Assembly (NCBI GenBank): GCA_022813865.1
Contig: JALDZX010000082.1
Span: 1-64,000, forward strand
DNA length: 64,000 nucleotides
From: Xylographa opegraphella
Taxonomy: Eukaryota
Direction of reading: 5' to 3'
Shown here: positions 13,636-27,576 of the stretch, in pieces
Layout: the number at the start of each line of letters is the position of its first letter
Position numbering within the stretch: position 1 is the first letter of the stretch
The notes under the pieces: generated by a model
The model's database searches: none
What the model was told of the DNA's origin: nothing
Seen by the model: the letters and a program-made list of their open reading frames with translations, nothing else
Position numbers and translations under genes: made by a program

Positions 13636-14443
13636 GAAGAACTTCAGATGCTTGCTATTATCTTCCTTGCGGATGCAACAAAACTGATCCACAAATCATC
13701 TTGCTTTCGTGCTAACCCTACCGCGCGCTGGTGTCCCACCTCACGAGACATTCATGTTAACAACATCCGGGAGCCCAAACCTTGGACGCAGATCACCGTT
13801 TCTTAGGTAGGCATTGTCATCACCGCACTCTATGAGGTCAATCTACCCTCTGCCAGGATTTACGTTATCCCCAATGGTCACATGGGCTTTACTTCCAGCG
13901 ACTGATGAATTCCAAGTGGGGCGCCTCTGGCGTCGAAACAACAGGCGAAACATTTGTCGCTTGTCGCTGTTTCTGACTTGGGCGGGAAATTGCCCAACAG
14001 CGACGCTCTACTCACCTTCATGTCTCATATGTACATACCTAGCCGTTCATGACGTCTATGATACAGCGAGCCTTATTTTCAGTTGAACGGCCCTTTGAGC
14101 TGAAAAGGTTGATTGGATTAACTTTTCCCGCTTGTGTTTGTCCAACCGTCGTACCGTGGTAGGTGATGTCCTCCCTTCCCATACCATCACCATGGTTATC
14201 AGAACACCGTCTCACCTGCGCAGTGCGGAAGTGATTGTCAGGTCCTGTTTCCATTTACGGCCTCCTTGTCGCGGCTACGAACCATGTCATATAACCTAAG
14301 GTTCTGCAGCCTTCGATGAAGCTGTCTCCCATCGTGCTTACACATTCTTTTCTGCTTGTCTGGCACTTTCTCGCGAAGGCAGATTTCCTATTAATTTCTT
14401 GTCGTCGTTCCACAGTGACTTCCTGTGTGGATGCTCGGCCGTT

Positions 14444-16583
14444 ATGCTGTCTTACATATTATTGATCTCTCTATTGATGAAGTATTGTTGCATCTATGCT
14501 GAAGAATCACCCATGCAAGCGATTCCGCAAACGCCCAAAGCTCCAGGGACATTCTCTAACAATGCACCCCAACTCAATGCAGAACCTCCCATCACGAATG
14601 ATGTACCATCTGAAATATACGGGACCAGGTCCGTCGACCTTCCTTTTTATCGCCTCTTTCATGGCAACATGAACTTCTTCAGCGCTGGACAGCTGAACAC
14701 TCCGACTGGAAAAGTTGATGCTTGGGGCAGCGAGAACGATAATGCCAATCAGAGTGCTTGCGGCATCCCCGATAATGCATTTTCCGCGAGCAAAGTTGCA
14801 ATTCATCCGTATTTCTTGCAGTATGCTAATCTTAGCCGTATGTCGCTGCCCCTGTTCCTCATTATCACGATGCTCGAAGACTGAATGACATCACAGGCTA
14901 CTGCATGCAAGATGTCTGCATATCCTACTGGAAAGAGGATGGCACACAAGATATGATGCTCAAAGTCACAGATATATGCAGCATTGACCCCAACGATCCT
15001 ACTCACTGTGCCAACCCTGTCGACATTAAGGTTGAAAGAAGTAAGGCTGCGGTCATGGAGGCTGTGACTGATCCTGATGATCCGAGAATTACTGGTGACT
15101 CTTTCCCTGAGCAGATCTGGTGGTTCTTTACAAAGTGCTGGGATGATGTACGACTCCTCATCTGGTCTCATACTATCACTTGCGGTATCGGCGTCTGACT
15201 TCAATGAAAGGGTCTTGTTCAACCTGCTTACCAAAGTAACAACTGGTTCTCTTTCCCGTCGTTGCCAAATAATCTCAATTGGTCGATGAGTACGGCGTTT
15301 GCCCAATACAAACTCAACCAGATCGCATATCCCGCCTATGGTTGGCCTACATATCCGCCAGGAGGATATGATACTGATCGGATAAACAATTCACCACCCG
15401 TGTCTGATTGGGTTCCCGGACAGGAACCCGCCTGGAGTCCCATTGCAGGTGGTGTAGGTTGGGGTCAGCCCAACACTGGTAAGTCACGCCATTCGTATTT
15501 GATGTATGGTATACCGCAGGATATAGATAGACTTATGCGTAGGAGCAACATCAGCGCAGCCGCCGCCAGCGCCTCAGCCAGCACCAACTTCAGCTTCATC
15601 TTCAGTAGCTTCTACTTCTTCTCCGTCCGAAGTGTCGTCGCAGCCATACACATCAATCAAGTCCTCTTCTTCCTCTCTCCTAAGCACAGCTCAGACAACC
15701 ACTCAAAAAGTGCTGGGCTCTGGCCCAACAAATCCAATAAGTAACTATGCCTTCATCCATCCGCCTTGTTCGTTGACAATAAACTTGACTAACGCTTTGT
15801 AAAGGCATATCAGCATGTACAGGAGAAGCAAGTCGATGGACACCCGCCACGACCTCGGCTGCAAATACTTCAAAAGTTGGCACTGAAGCAATACCAACGT
15901 CTGTCATTTCCTCGCCTTCTTCGGCGCTTGCGTCATCGCTTTTCTCTTCAGCAGCAGGAGCATCTTACATCGCTAAAAAAACCGCAACCTCTATCTCCAC
16001 TTCTGCCTTTTCTACAACACTATTTACCTCATCACTCTGCGCCACTATGTCAACCTCAACCGTCACACAAACTTTCACCTCAACCGTCACCATTGCACCT
16101 GCTCCTTACTCAAACCCCAGCTCAGACGCTATTGCTGGCTCTGGAAAGTCAGAATCTGCCTTTATCTCCACTAACACTTCTACGATATTGCTCACCAAAA
16201 TATCTACCCTTCCCTCTCCCACCACCTCTCCTCGAGTCTCGTTCACTAGCACTTCTGTCACCAAAGGTGGCTTCTCAACTCTCCGCTGCACTAAAGCCAT
16301 GAAATTCACGATCTCTGGCCCCAATGCCTCGGCAAGTTACACCAATGTGGCAACTGCTTTAACTTCCGCACTAATTTCCTCATCCTCGCCAATGACTGTT
16401 CCATCATCCCGTTCTATACCATCGATGCCAGTATTCTCGTCTCCGCCATTCCCTTGTGTTCTGACTGCACATAACAGTATGGGAATAGGATCTAAGGAAG
16501 CGGGAGCGGACGGAAATGGGGCTAAGAGAGAGTGGAAGAGGAGGAGGCATGGACGGCGGGAGACTAGGATTGAATTACAGTGA
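14444..16583 (+). CDS. Secreted protein with expansin/barwin/RlpA-like double-psi beta-barrel domain and long Ser/Thr-rich tail, 5 exons
   Basis: Hydrophobic N-terminus MLSYILLISLLMKYCCIYA; SACG...VAI...C...LKVTDIC...C...DI pattern. Introns 14838-14896, 15148-15210, 15478-15542 and ~15741-15804 join into the S/T-rich frame ending at 16583. Domain call is from motif resemblance only. Confidence 0.6.
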
Positions 16584-17455
16584 AAGTTGGAAAGGAGGAA
16601 ACTATAAGACCCAATAACTATGGGCTCTTGGTGTTCGGCTAAAGAGTTGCTGGTACAGGGAGCCCGAGAGGAATGTCATGTTCTGGTTTATGAGACTTTT
16701 ACTTCAATTCCTTTCTTCTCTTATTTGCATTCCTTTCCAAGGCTCCGATATATGTCCCGGCTACAGTATCTTGAATCGTGTAATCAGCAGTATAGAAAAC
16801 AGCAGCTTGATTTGAAGCGGTGAGTTTGTTGTTCAAAAGTGTATTAAATTGGAGGTAAGCGATAAGATTTGTATGATATTGACCTATAGCAGTGTGTCAT
16901 CTGCATTGCTGTGCAAAGTGATTATCATATGTTACAGTAGTATGTAAGAAGACATTGGAAGCTACACGATGTTTTTTGGTTCTCTAGAAAACATAACTGT
17001 TTCCAAATCCAAGTAGATTTCGTTCTTAAATGGGTGTTTTAACATTCACTTGTACACGATTGCATATACCAACGCGGCCTAGAAATTAGGGTAATTTGAT
17101 AATATCAACATACGACATAAGACTAGTATCAGGGTTGTGATTCGGACGACTGTAATTCGCAGCACATACACAGTCTGACGGAAGGGTATCATCCCAAAGT
17201 GCCTCCCTGTCTAACATCCAGCATTCATGCCTTGGGATGATGCACTCATATGCAGGCAAGCGCTCGGGAATGAAGAACGGAGTGAAAACACGCTACAAGT
17301 CGAGAAATAAAAATCAGAAGAGCATGCCATACACAACAGTGATTGCGAACAAGAATAACAAAATCCCCAGAAGGGAATGACCAGATGGTGACTGTGGAAG
17401 CAGAGATCTGATTCGTTTGAGGTCTGCCCACTGTCAGACTAGCAGAAGCTCGAAG

Positions 17456-18909
17456 CTAGGATGTCAATGGGGCCTTGCCTTCACTCGAGGATTCGCGTCC
17501 TACTCTCGAGTTTGACCTCGAGCTGTGCCTTAAGAAAACTCTTTGAATGCTTCTTGAAAGCCGCATTACTTTGGGAGAGGGCTCACCACTAGTAGGAGAA
17601 ACCTTCTCGATCGCCAGCTGTTCCGCTGTGACGACTTGTACCGAAGCCAAAGCCTTTTCCGTATTCCTCTTTCGATATTGCTCTCGGAGAAGCTTGTATA
17701 GGAGTACGTATTGGCTTTCACTCTGCACCATTGTCATACGTTGTTCACGGAGCGTGTTGACGGTGTCATGAATGATGTCATCTGTATTGCTCACTTCATG
17801 AATGATGTCATCTGTATTGCTCACTTCATCAAGCGATCCGGCTTCGAGTTCGGCCAGCAAATGTTCCAAAGCGATAAAAGTTCCAGACCGTCCGACTCCA
17901 GCACTACAATGGATGATACGTGGACTGTCCGAGTTCTGGTTTTTCGTCCTAGAGAGCGTGATAAGCGCAAGAAGCGCGTTACGGTCCTGGTTTTCAGGGA
18001 CGCCATAGTCCGGCCACCCAAGGAAAAGGAGGTGCCAGATGATTTTGCTCTCATCGCCGTAGCTCAGCACAAGTTTGCGGATTGTAGTCTTGGAAGCTTC
18101 ATCAAAGGTTGACTCCGTGGCCTTGATTATGCCTTTACGTTCTTCACCGGTTTCGGTACGCCATTGAAGAGAGAGGCCATCACGGTCCGCAACATCCGGA
18201 TAGTATTGATGACACTTTTCGCGCGGACCTTCTACTAATTGAGTAAGCATGACAATTACACCAACATGGTCTATTTCGTGCCATATCATTTGCCAGAAAT
18301 GGTGGATATTCGCTTCTTTCGGCCCCTGCGCATTAGATGCATCGTCAGCTCGGCCTGTAAATGAGAACAATTGAGTAAACTGACCTGAGTCACTATATAC
18401 CTTGTCTCGGTGCTATCTTTGGAGGAGCTGATTGAGATTGGCGAAGCATTGATATAATCACATTCCCCTTCCGGCACTTTCAAGTGCACGCGGGAATTGG
18501 CCCATGGCCAAATGTCGGCATATCGGTTTCGAGTTCTGGTATCCTGGGTGTGATATTGCGCCCAGGGAAAGCTAGGGTCCTTATTGATTCGTCCTTGGGC
18601 AATACGATTATTTTGCCTCCAAGTGAGATCTTCGAACCTGGCTTGAATTTCTGCGAGTGATTAGATACGAGGTATTGAATGGCTCTACAGAAGCTACGCA
18701 TTTTTGTCCCGGTCGGGCTTACCACAGTTAGACTGCCGTAAAAATGCTGGTAGGCCGATATCGTTTCGATCGTAAAGTTTCTTTGAAGATTCTTGTGTTG
18801 GTGTTGCATTTCTCGATCTGGACTTATCGAAAGACTCTCTAGACCGCTTAGATGAAGATGGGGTTGGCCGCCGCTTGGCCGCCGCTGGCAGCTTGGTATG
18901 TGAGACCAT
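17456..18909 (-). CDS. Classical protein tyrosine phosphatase (Ptp1-like), 3 exons; start codon uncertain
   Basis: RNRY, DYINAS, TQGP, WPD loop (GWPDYGVP), P-loop HCSAGVGRSG, Q-loop MVQSESQY. Introns 18651-18722 and ~18326-18384. Confidence 0.9.
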
Positions 18910-19737
18910 ATTGGCTGGATAAACAAACGGGAAGTGGAACAAATGTGTGCTAGAACACGTGCTTTGTTACGAGCCAGTCATGAAAGCTCAGTTGTAAGGT
19001 AGCCCCAATGGTCTGAAGAATGGTCTAATAGAAGTGGTGTTGAACCGGTAAACTGTGGCGACCCGAAACTAGCATTTGATCCTCTGATGATGAGTCGTCT
19101 ATCTAGACCTTAATTGAAACAGCAAAAATAATGAGACCCGAATCTGATGTGTCCATGGCGCCCGAACGAGGATCAATGACGAATAGCAAGGTTGCTTCTG
19201 AAGTCGCTTCTCCCGTCACTGACAGATCCTACAATTGGAGCATTATGACGAAACTCCTGGAGTCTGGGTCAACCGAAGAAACGGCATGAGAGTAGCTATG
19301 GGTACGGTTTGTCATGAAGTGTCTTCGTGGAACTAGGCTACCAAGCAAGGGGACTTCGTGGTTGTGCCGCCATATACATAGGAATATAAAAATGGTACCT
19401 ATCCGTTGAAATAGGAATGCATTATATTGTAGAATTGTGCTTATGTAGGATAAGAGATCACGTGGCAAGACTAGCAGCCAGTAAGGTAACGTAAGGTACC
19501 TTAAGGATAGCCTCGTAGCACAACTGAAACACGGCTTGGAATACTCACTCGTACGAATACTATATAACTGAATACCCATCACCAATCTCATTCATCCACA
19601 TATTTGTCCTAACGTTATATCGGCCATGTGTCACTCGTGAGAGCAATCCAGACGCACTACGCATAGCCAGTCCTCCCGAATCAAACATTCATGACATCCG
19701 GGCGGTCATCTGCGCACAATTAAATGTATCTCATATA

Positions 19738-20139
19738 ATGTGGGTGCGGATGTTTGAGGTTTATAAACCCTGCCACTGTTGATACCAAAGCTTACCAAAT
19801 CTGTCTGTAGGTATGGCTAACAGCTAGGGTACGTCCTCCGTATACTTGCTGGGCTTTGTCCATTGAAAATGCTGCCAGTTGTTGCAAAGCCCGACCTTTC
19901 ATCGTGCTGTGCAGAAGCTACAGCGGCAATTACGCCGCGTGAGGCATGGCAAACACCCCGAAGAGATGGAAGAAACCAATATAGAAAGTTTGGTTCTCCC
20001 TCGAGATAGAGCTGCTCGGCATCGCTTCCAGTCTGATATGGTGATAGGGCGCAACGATTCGAACGCGAGGGGCTTTCTCGATCACTTTCTCGAAGAAATC
20101 AAAGAGCAATTTAGAGGTGGCCCACCTTCGAAAAAATAA
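19738..20139 (+). CDS. MRX7: Small mitochondrial MRX7-family protein, 4 exons
   Basis: Spliced MWVRMFE-VWLTAR-LLQSPTFHRAVQKLQ...PEEMEETNIE...FLDHFLEEIKEQFRG. Introns 19759-19810, 19829-19878, 19988-20047. Confidence 0.75.
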
Positions 20140-21813
20140 TGCATTTGTACAGTATCATGACGTCCTGACCTTTGTGGAAACAACAGTACTACGGAGTGGA
20201 TTAGGGTTAATGATTCACCAGCTTTGAAAAGTGGTGATAATGGATTCAACCACCTCCTCTTAACGAGTCTTTTCCATTCTCCTTCCCATCACTGGGTTTA
20301 ATCACTCCACGGACACACAATTGGGCTTCTTCGACTATTATTATGTCATTTGGCTCTCATTAAATCCGAAGAGAAACCTACTCTTTACGCACGAACTAAG
20401 TCGCAAACTCTATGACTATTCGTATTTGATTTTGTAGTTAACATTACTAAGGTCTCTTCGAACAAGTATGGAGCAGGGCCTTGCATTTCACAAATCTGTT
20501 GTTCATGGAACCCGCCCTGTGAGCCTCAAATCATGTATATTACGCCCCCATATTAAGAGCTCACGTCGTAGCAATTTGATTCTGCTAAAAGGTCTAGGTT
20601 ATCTTGCACTTATTTGATGCTGTTTTCTACTTAGCTAGCAATCACTTGAATTCTACATTTGAGAGTCCTTAAACTCAGATTTTTCTGCCCAAAAGCACTG
20701 CAGACCTTACCAATATTACTTCCATGTACCTTTGTAGCAAAAGATCCGTGAGCGATCTACGGCTAGAACGAAGTTTACTCTTGAGTTTGCTCATGCCCTG
20801 TTTACCATAATTTGATCGATCTGACTGGCGGTTCGAAGAAAGTGGCCTGGCAGCTCAAGAAGCACAAAGTGGCAATTATCTTCTTTGTCGATGTTAGCGA
20901 CGCATTTGGAACAAGAAGATTGGGACATCAATAAAATGGCGATCTTGTTCTTACATGACGGAGTCATGTTGCTCATCATCTCATCTTGGGTGCCACCGCG
21001 CAGATTCCCTCCATGGCTGTGACATATGAAAGAGCTACCTCTCCTGCCCCTGGTGCAAGGCATTACGTTCTCATGTGGGGGCGCGAAGAAATCTATGCAG
21101 GAACCTGATACTGGAATTATCGACGCCGAGATAGACCCTAGTGCTTATACTATGTTATTTGGAGCATTCATGCCAGAGGTGAGTAAGAATATTGTAAATC
21201 AAAGCGTGCTGAAGCAACAAATGGATATTTCTAAGTGCAGCATAAAGAAGGTTATTCATGAAGGCTATGGCCTACCTTAGATAGCCAGGCCGGGAGGTCT
21301 GGAGCAAGAGGTTGGTGAAAAGCGCCACAGCCCCTACCCTAACTTGGTTGTTAAGGTTTGCTTATGGCCGCTCAGATGACATTATCACGAACGCGAGGAA
21401 GGCGGGAAATAGGTACTGAAGGACAGAGTCTGTTAGTACATGCGAGGCTAATCACAGAGCTTTTGCACCTACAAGTGTCATCGAAAGATAGTCTAAGGTA
21501 AGCAGTCGCGCAGTCATATTGGCTTATGAATGATGGCTTCTATCCAATATTGGAACCAGCACATCAGCGGGGCTATTCTACCTATCAAAGCAGAACTGCA
21601 ATAGGGCACTTGTTAAGCAATCAGGCCTGAGTACCCTTTGCATATAGTTCTATCTATATGTCTATTTGGACTACTTCTAGTGGTTAGAATTTGCTCTTCA
21701 CTTCCGTCCTTGAATGTCATATATGATACAGTAGTATCCTAACTGATTCCATAGGTTGGTGCACTCTATGTGTTTCATCAGACACCAGACAGTGTACCCT
21801 ACAAGGGGTACTC

Positions 21814-22528
21814 TCAATCCGCTATCACCTTCGATATGGTACCATGCCTGGGATCTGCGTCACCGCCCTCACTGGCCTCCAGCTCGTCCCATGCCTCTCC
21901 TGTTTCGCCACCATCCCCCTCAGGTCTGTCGTCTTCCACTCCTATTTGATGGCCTCTGCCTCCTCCGTCGCCCAGCTCCAAGTCTCCAATTTCTTCACCG
22001 GGACCCAATAGGCCATATCCTTCCAGCTTTCGCCTCCGTTTTCTCTCCAGAATTCGCCCATGATACCAGCTGCAAATTGCCAGCGCTACCACAGAACCTA
22101 CAAGGTTAGCCGCTATATCTAGTGCATCGAAGAATCGTCCGTTGGGTAGTGCAGCCTGGAGGAACTCGGAGCCGACTCCGAGAACGAGGGCGCAAGTAAT
22201 GAAGACTATTTTGAGTAGGAAACGGCGAGGGGCCTCGACACTCCAGTAGAATGTTAACTAGAATAGAATATGAGGTTCTGGAAGCACAGAATAGGAATTG
22301 TAGGGAAACCAACTGTAAGGACGAAGAAAGTAAGGATATGGAGGACTTTGTCATTTGTGGGAGATACTTCAAGAGGGGTCAAGCCAGCATAGGCGGCAAG
22401 TAGGCACAAAGCCGCGAAGCAACCTAAAGAAAGTCGTATTATTAGTAACAGATTTGAATACTTGGAATACATAAGACCACAGACGCATAGAAGTTACACA
22501 TACCGGCAAAAGGATAACGGACGTGCAT
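21814..22528 (-). CDS. VanZ-like membrane protein, 3 exons
   Basis: MHVRYPFAG...NDKVLHILTFFVLT...GVGSEFLQAALPNGRFFDALDIAANLVG shows the DK-x-H / E-x2-Q / D-x2-D-x3-N VanZ pattern; acidic tail. Confidence 0.85.
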
Positions 22529-22570
22529 GCTTTTCGCCCGAAATACAGCGAGACAACCCGTGAGCATTAA

Positions 22571-22634
22571 TTACTAGAGCTCAACCTTACTAGAGCTCAA
22601 CCTTACTAGAGCTCAACCTTACTAGAGCTAAACC
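22571..22634. repeat. 16-bp tandem repeat x4 (TTACTAGAGCTCAACC)
   Basis: Three perfect units plus one with a single substitution, in the divergent VanZ/SPT7 intergenic region. Confidence 0.95.
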
Positions 22635-23056
22635 TCGTCATCTAATCTCGCTCTCATGCTTCGAGTTCAGGCTCTCGTAGAAGTCTTCAGAAGCCCCGCG
22701 TGACTGCACGGAACGCTGAAACCGCATCGGCATGGCGGAAAGCCAAGGCCGTCGTGCGCCTTATCGGCGTTACATACAACCGTGATTTAGCTCGGCTCCT
22801 CGGCTAGGGAGTGCCTTAGCAACATCATGTCATTTGAACCACCAAATGCGCTGCAAATCGCGGTAAACTGTTCCATCACCCAGCTTCCACACTCCATCGG
22901 TTTTGCATTCGAAAACAATTGCACGTAGCTGTGCAAAATGTTAGCTACGTTTCAGTACCATTTTTGCTAACTGGCGACGCCAGGATCGAAGTTGCAGGTC
23001 GCGATTTTCAAGGTGGAGCCACCCCCGTCGTTTGGATGGGCGAGGGGTGACGAGAG

Positions 23057-26000
23057 ATGTCGTCGTTAAGGGATCATGTCAACCCAACACAGACCACTCC
23101 ATATAACCATTCCGGCAATAATCTACTCGCCAATGGACTGCACCGCGGGCCCTCGAGATCCAGAACTCCGAATCTCCATCCAGAACAGTACAATGCCTCC
23201 CAAATGGGAAGTGCGCCGGAAGCGGACTCCGTTGCCGAAGACGATCTGAAATCCACACTTTTTAGGACACTTTATGCTCAGAGCAAGGCTCGATTGAGTG
23301 CCATTTTTGACGGGCAGTTCGGCGCTCTAAAAGACGGGATTGACTGGACCAGTTCCCAAAACAGGAACAAAAACCAAATTGGGGAGGAGCAACATGGACA
23401 ACTCAAAGCGCCAAGTAAGAAAGCAGGCAGAACCATCGACGAGGACGACTACGATGACTCCGAGAACGAGGAAGAAGAACTTATCGCCAACGTATCACCG
23501 CTCAAGTCCAAAAGTACGGGCACATCTACGGTTCCGCGTGTTTCGTCTCCACAAAAAACTCCTGGCATACCACCTAGTCCTGCACTCAGTGGGGTACAAG
23601 GCTCAGCGAGTGGGAAGACATCGGACGATGTGCGAAAGAAGCTGGAAGAGGATAAAAAGGCTATTGAGGATGCTGCCAAGCGAGACTTCCAGACTTTCTT
23701 TTACCCAGTAGATAATGATAGGGATGCCATGGTCGAACAGCAAAAACTAGAAGAGTCAGACCGACAAGTTGACGTGGAAATGTCTGGTCAAGGTACCACG
23801 GCAACGACAGCCGCAGTTGAGGGAACACTTAGTCAAGCAAATCTGGGCGCATCAAGCCTAGTCTTGAAGCATCTCATTGCACGAATCGATGCCAAAAGAG
23901 ATCAAGTCCAGGCTTCAGATCAGGAACTTAGAAATCTCATGATTGAAGTAAAGAAGAACAGAAGTAAGTGGTATAGCGAGGATAAAGTTGGTCAAGAAGA
24001 ACTATACGAGGCTGCAGAAAAGGTTCTAAGTGAGGTAAAAGCGATCACTGAGCATTCACAACCCTTCTTGCAGAGGGTCAACAAGCGTGATGCTCCCGAC
24101 TATTATAACAGTGGGTGTATCTTAAGAATCCGTTCAGTCGATAACTAACTATTCCAATAGAAATCAAGCACCCTATGGACCTGAGCACAATGACAAAGAA
24201 GCTGAAAGCTGTGCAATACAAATCGAAGCATGAATTCATTGGAGATTTGAATCTGATCTGGCAAAATTGTCTAACATATAACACTGATCCAGCCCACTTC
24301 CTCCGTCGGCACGCAGTCTTCATGCGTAAGGAAACGGAAAAGCTGGTTCCTCTGATCCCAGATATTGTCATACGAGATCGTGCTGAAGTTGAGGCCGAAG
24401 AACGTCGACACAATGCTGAGGGCGACATGGACGGTGCCGAGGATAGTGATGACGAGCCTATCATCTCATCAAGGGGTCGCAAAGCTCCTGGAAAGAAAGC
24501 CAAGAAAGGAACTACGACCCGGAAAGCACCCACTGGTGCCACGGAAGGCACATGCGGGGCTGAATCCAAACCCTTAATTCATGGCTTGATACACAACGGT
24601 AACGGAACGAACCTTCGACATGACATGCTACGGGGAGACTCTGATACCGCCATGGAAGGGAGTCAGAATGGACTTTCAACTCCTCCACCTGGGACCATCA
24701 CGCCCGCCGGCATGAACGGCATCACCACAAGTGCCGTCGCAGTGAGTAGTCAGGTTGATCCGATTGAACTTGACGCATACGGCAACTCAGCGAACGGCAT
24801 TGGCTCTTTCAGTGGAAACCAAAACGACTATGAGGACCCTGAATACAAAATCTGGAAACAAGTCACGAAACGAGATCGAGCTTTGGTTGCTGCTGAACGA
24901 CATAAACTATTTCAAAGTGATCGCATAAATGCGGAAGAGCCAGCGTTATTACGAACCAAAGCCGGCATGAAGAGATGGTTGCGACAACAAAGAGAAGCAG
25001 AAATAGATGGGGTGCTTGGTAAGCGCAAAAGGGACGGCGATGATGACGGAGAGTCGGCACCAAGTGGAGAGACATTGGCTGAGGGGATGGAAGGTGACGT
25101 GCAGAGGGTTCTCCCAGACTACTACGATACAATGGCTGCAATTCCAGACATACCTAAACAACTACAATGGTTGGAAGATTCAGACGGCCAGATTGTACCA
25201 GCCTCGGAAGTCCTACTACGGATCGTGCCATTGGGACTTTTTAATGCCCCTGAAAGCGTATTGACGAAGAAACTAGCGGCGAACTTACGACAGATGCAAG
25301 AGACGCGGAAGGTCTGCACGAAAATTGGGATTGTCAAGCAGATGCAGCTGCAGTCGCAGGTGATACAGTCCTCCTCGGGAAGTTTTAGACTTGCAATAGC
25401 TAACGTTTCATTCAGATGTATCAAAACCAATTCCAGAAATACGACCCGGAACCTTTCATGGAGAAAGACATCGAGCCCCATGTCGTCTCTGATTCCGGTC
25501 CCATCATGGCCAATCCGGTATGTCGTGCTGCAATGCAGCGCGCCGTGGGTAAGATATTCTATAATGCAGGATTTGAAGAGTATCAACCTTCCGCTCTGGA
25601 AGCGATCACTGATCTAGCCAGCGATTATTTCTCCAAGCTTGCCGGCTCCCTAGCCGATTACATGCGAAGCCCGAAAATCGCAGTTACCGTCACTTCGCCT
25701 GGAACTATTGAACCAAGAGTCGAATGGCAGGCTAAGCGTTCCGTGGAAGAATGCGCACTGCAGTGCCTTCAAGATAATGGTATTGAGCTTGAATCGCTCG
25801 AGAGCTATGCCAAAGACGACGTGGAGCGCCTCGCAGGCAAACTCAACAATCTCCATGAACGCATGAAATCCCACTTGGCAGATCTATTACGTCCGGCTCT
25901 TGCTGCGGATGCCGGCCCGGATGGCGTGAATGCTTTTAATGATGGTAGTGAACAGTTCATTGGAGGTGACTTTGCTGAAGAGTTGGATGAGGATTTTTTT

Positions 26001-26794
26001 GGTTTTAAAGATCTGGGACTGGACAAAGAGTTTGGCTTGATGAGCCTGAGTGTGCCCTTGCACCTGCTGCAGAACCGGATGCATAATGCTTATCAAGCTC
26101 AAAATACCAGGTATGAGACCTGTATGTTGATGGTCGTGAATACTAAGTAATCAATTCCGCGAGCAGTGCCACAATCACCGCATCAAACACGTTTCCTCCG
26201 CCTTTACCATATCCCCCCGTCACCATCGAATCAATTTGCCAAGAGATTGGTTTGGTACAGAATTTCTACCTTGCGAAACTGCACGCAAATGGCAATGTAC
26301 CACTTGTTGAGGACGAGGACCTCCCGCAGAAGCAACGGTTTCCCAAGCCACGTTTACCACCAACTGGCAAGATCAGTAGCCCAAGGAAGAAGCCAGTGCG
26401 AGAACCCGGACCTGGAAAAGGCCACCCGAAGAAGAAGATGCGAATGGTGGAAGGGGAAGGATGGGTCAGAGATATAGAAGCTGATCGAAGGGAGAGAGAA
26501 AAGAGTGAGAAGGAAGGCAAGAGGATTTCGAAGGAAGCCGGTGCAGGGAAAGCCGCCATTAAAGGGAAACTCGGAGTTGTGAATGGCGGCACAACAATGG
26601 AGCGAGAAGAAAGTCGCGACGCCGATGGTGACCCTGATGAAGAGGAGGACGCGGCTAACGAGAATCTCGACCAACAGAACACGAAGGAGAAAATTAATAG
26701 TGCGAAGAAGATCAACGGCATCAATGGGGACAATGGGAACACTAATACCAATGACGGAGGCATGATGTCTCCAGAAAGCTTGGAGGCTATTTGA
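23057..26794 (+). CDS. SPT7: SAGA complex bromodomain subunit Spt7, 4 exons
   Basis: [26 protein letters not shown]; bromodomain [24 protein letters not shown]...[10 protein letters not shown]; histone-fold region; [14 protein letters not shown]. Introns ~24111-24160, ~25360-25415, ~26111-26166. Confidence 0.93.
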
Positions 26795-27576
26795 TACTGG
26801 ATTACAATTACGGGTCGCTGATACCAGCTGTACCGACCGAACGCATCACGACATAGAAACTATTACCGGGGTTGGCTGGTCTACAGAATCCGAAGGAGTT
26901 TGGTTGACCGACATTCTTCATCTACATACCACAACCTGTTACGAATGACATCCTCTTCTCCTTTGTTCATACAATATGTAGATGTTCCGAAACGCATTTT
27001 CCGGCGCTCGGGACAAGTTTCGATGGATACTCGGATTGGGTAGGTAGTGAGTGTCTCCTTATGTTATTGTGCATACTGGGGAAAGTATTGTGTATAAAAT
27101 TATTGTCGGAACGAGAAAGGGTCTAGTGGTGAGAACATGTTGTGTTGTTTCATCAGCCATGGATGCGTATACTTTGTTTAACGCTTCAAGCGGCTGGAGT
27201 TACGACGTACATTTTGACTGCTATCCATATGTACTGCGAAAAGGTTGTTGCACTCTATGTATGGAAGACGTCAAAATCTCCGACTCATTGGGAGGAGTAC
27301 CCAAGGTGCAGCAAAGGTGGAGTAAGCGGTCATATTGCCTCATGCATCCTTCCAATCACCTTGTTGATCCAGGGATTTCTACATAATTCTTGTGCTGTGT
27401 TGACTATGCTCCAATGTACTCGTTCATTTCGTGATAGTTTCATTGTGCCCAGATATCGTATAAGCATATGCAGCTCCCTCCAGAGATGCACACCATGTTT
27501 CGATAGAATCGAAATCAACTCATTTCACAAAACGTCCCTCCCATTGAGAATTCCTTTGCGCCTTTCATAAAATCAC

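Noticed and set aside
20790..21300. Short ORFs between MRX7 and VanZ, including an AIIFFVDVSD stretch faintly like a G-protein strand
   Set aside because: Interrupted by stops, with no other GTPase motifs or convincing exon structure. It could be a relic but is unsupported.
22827..23107. Possible spliced upstream ORF overlapping the SPT7 start out of frame
   Set aside because: Depends on a guessed 5' intron and an unknown TSS.
27051..27570. ORFs of 111 and 142 aa between SPT7 and POL2
   Set aside because: Lie in convergent 3' UTR space with no recognisable protein features.
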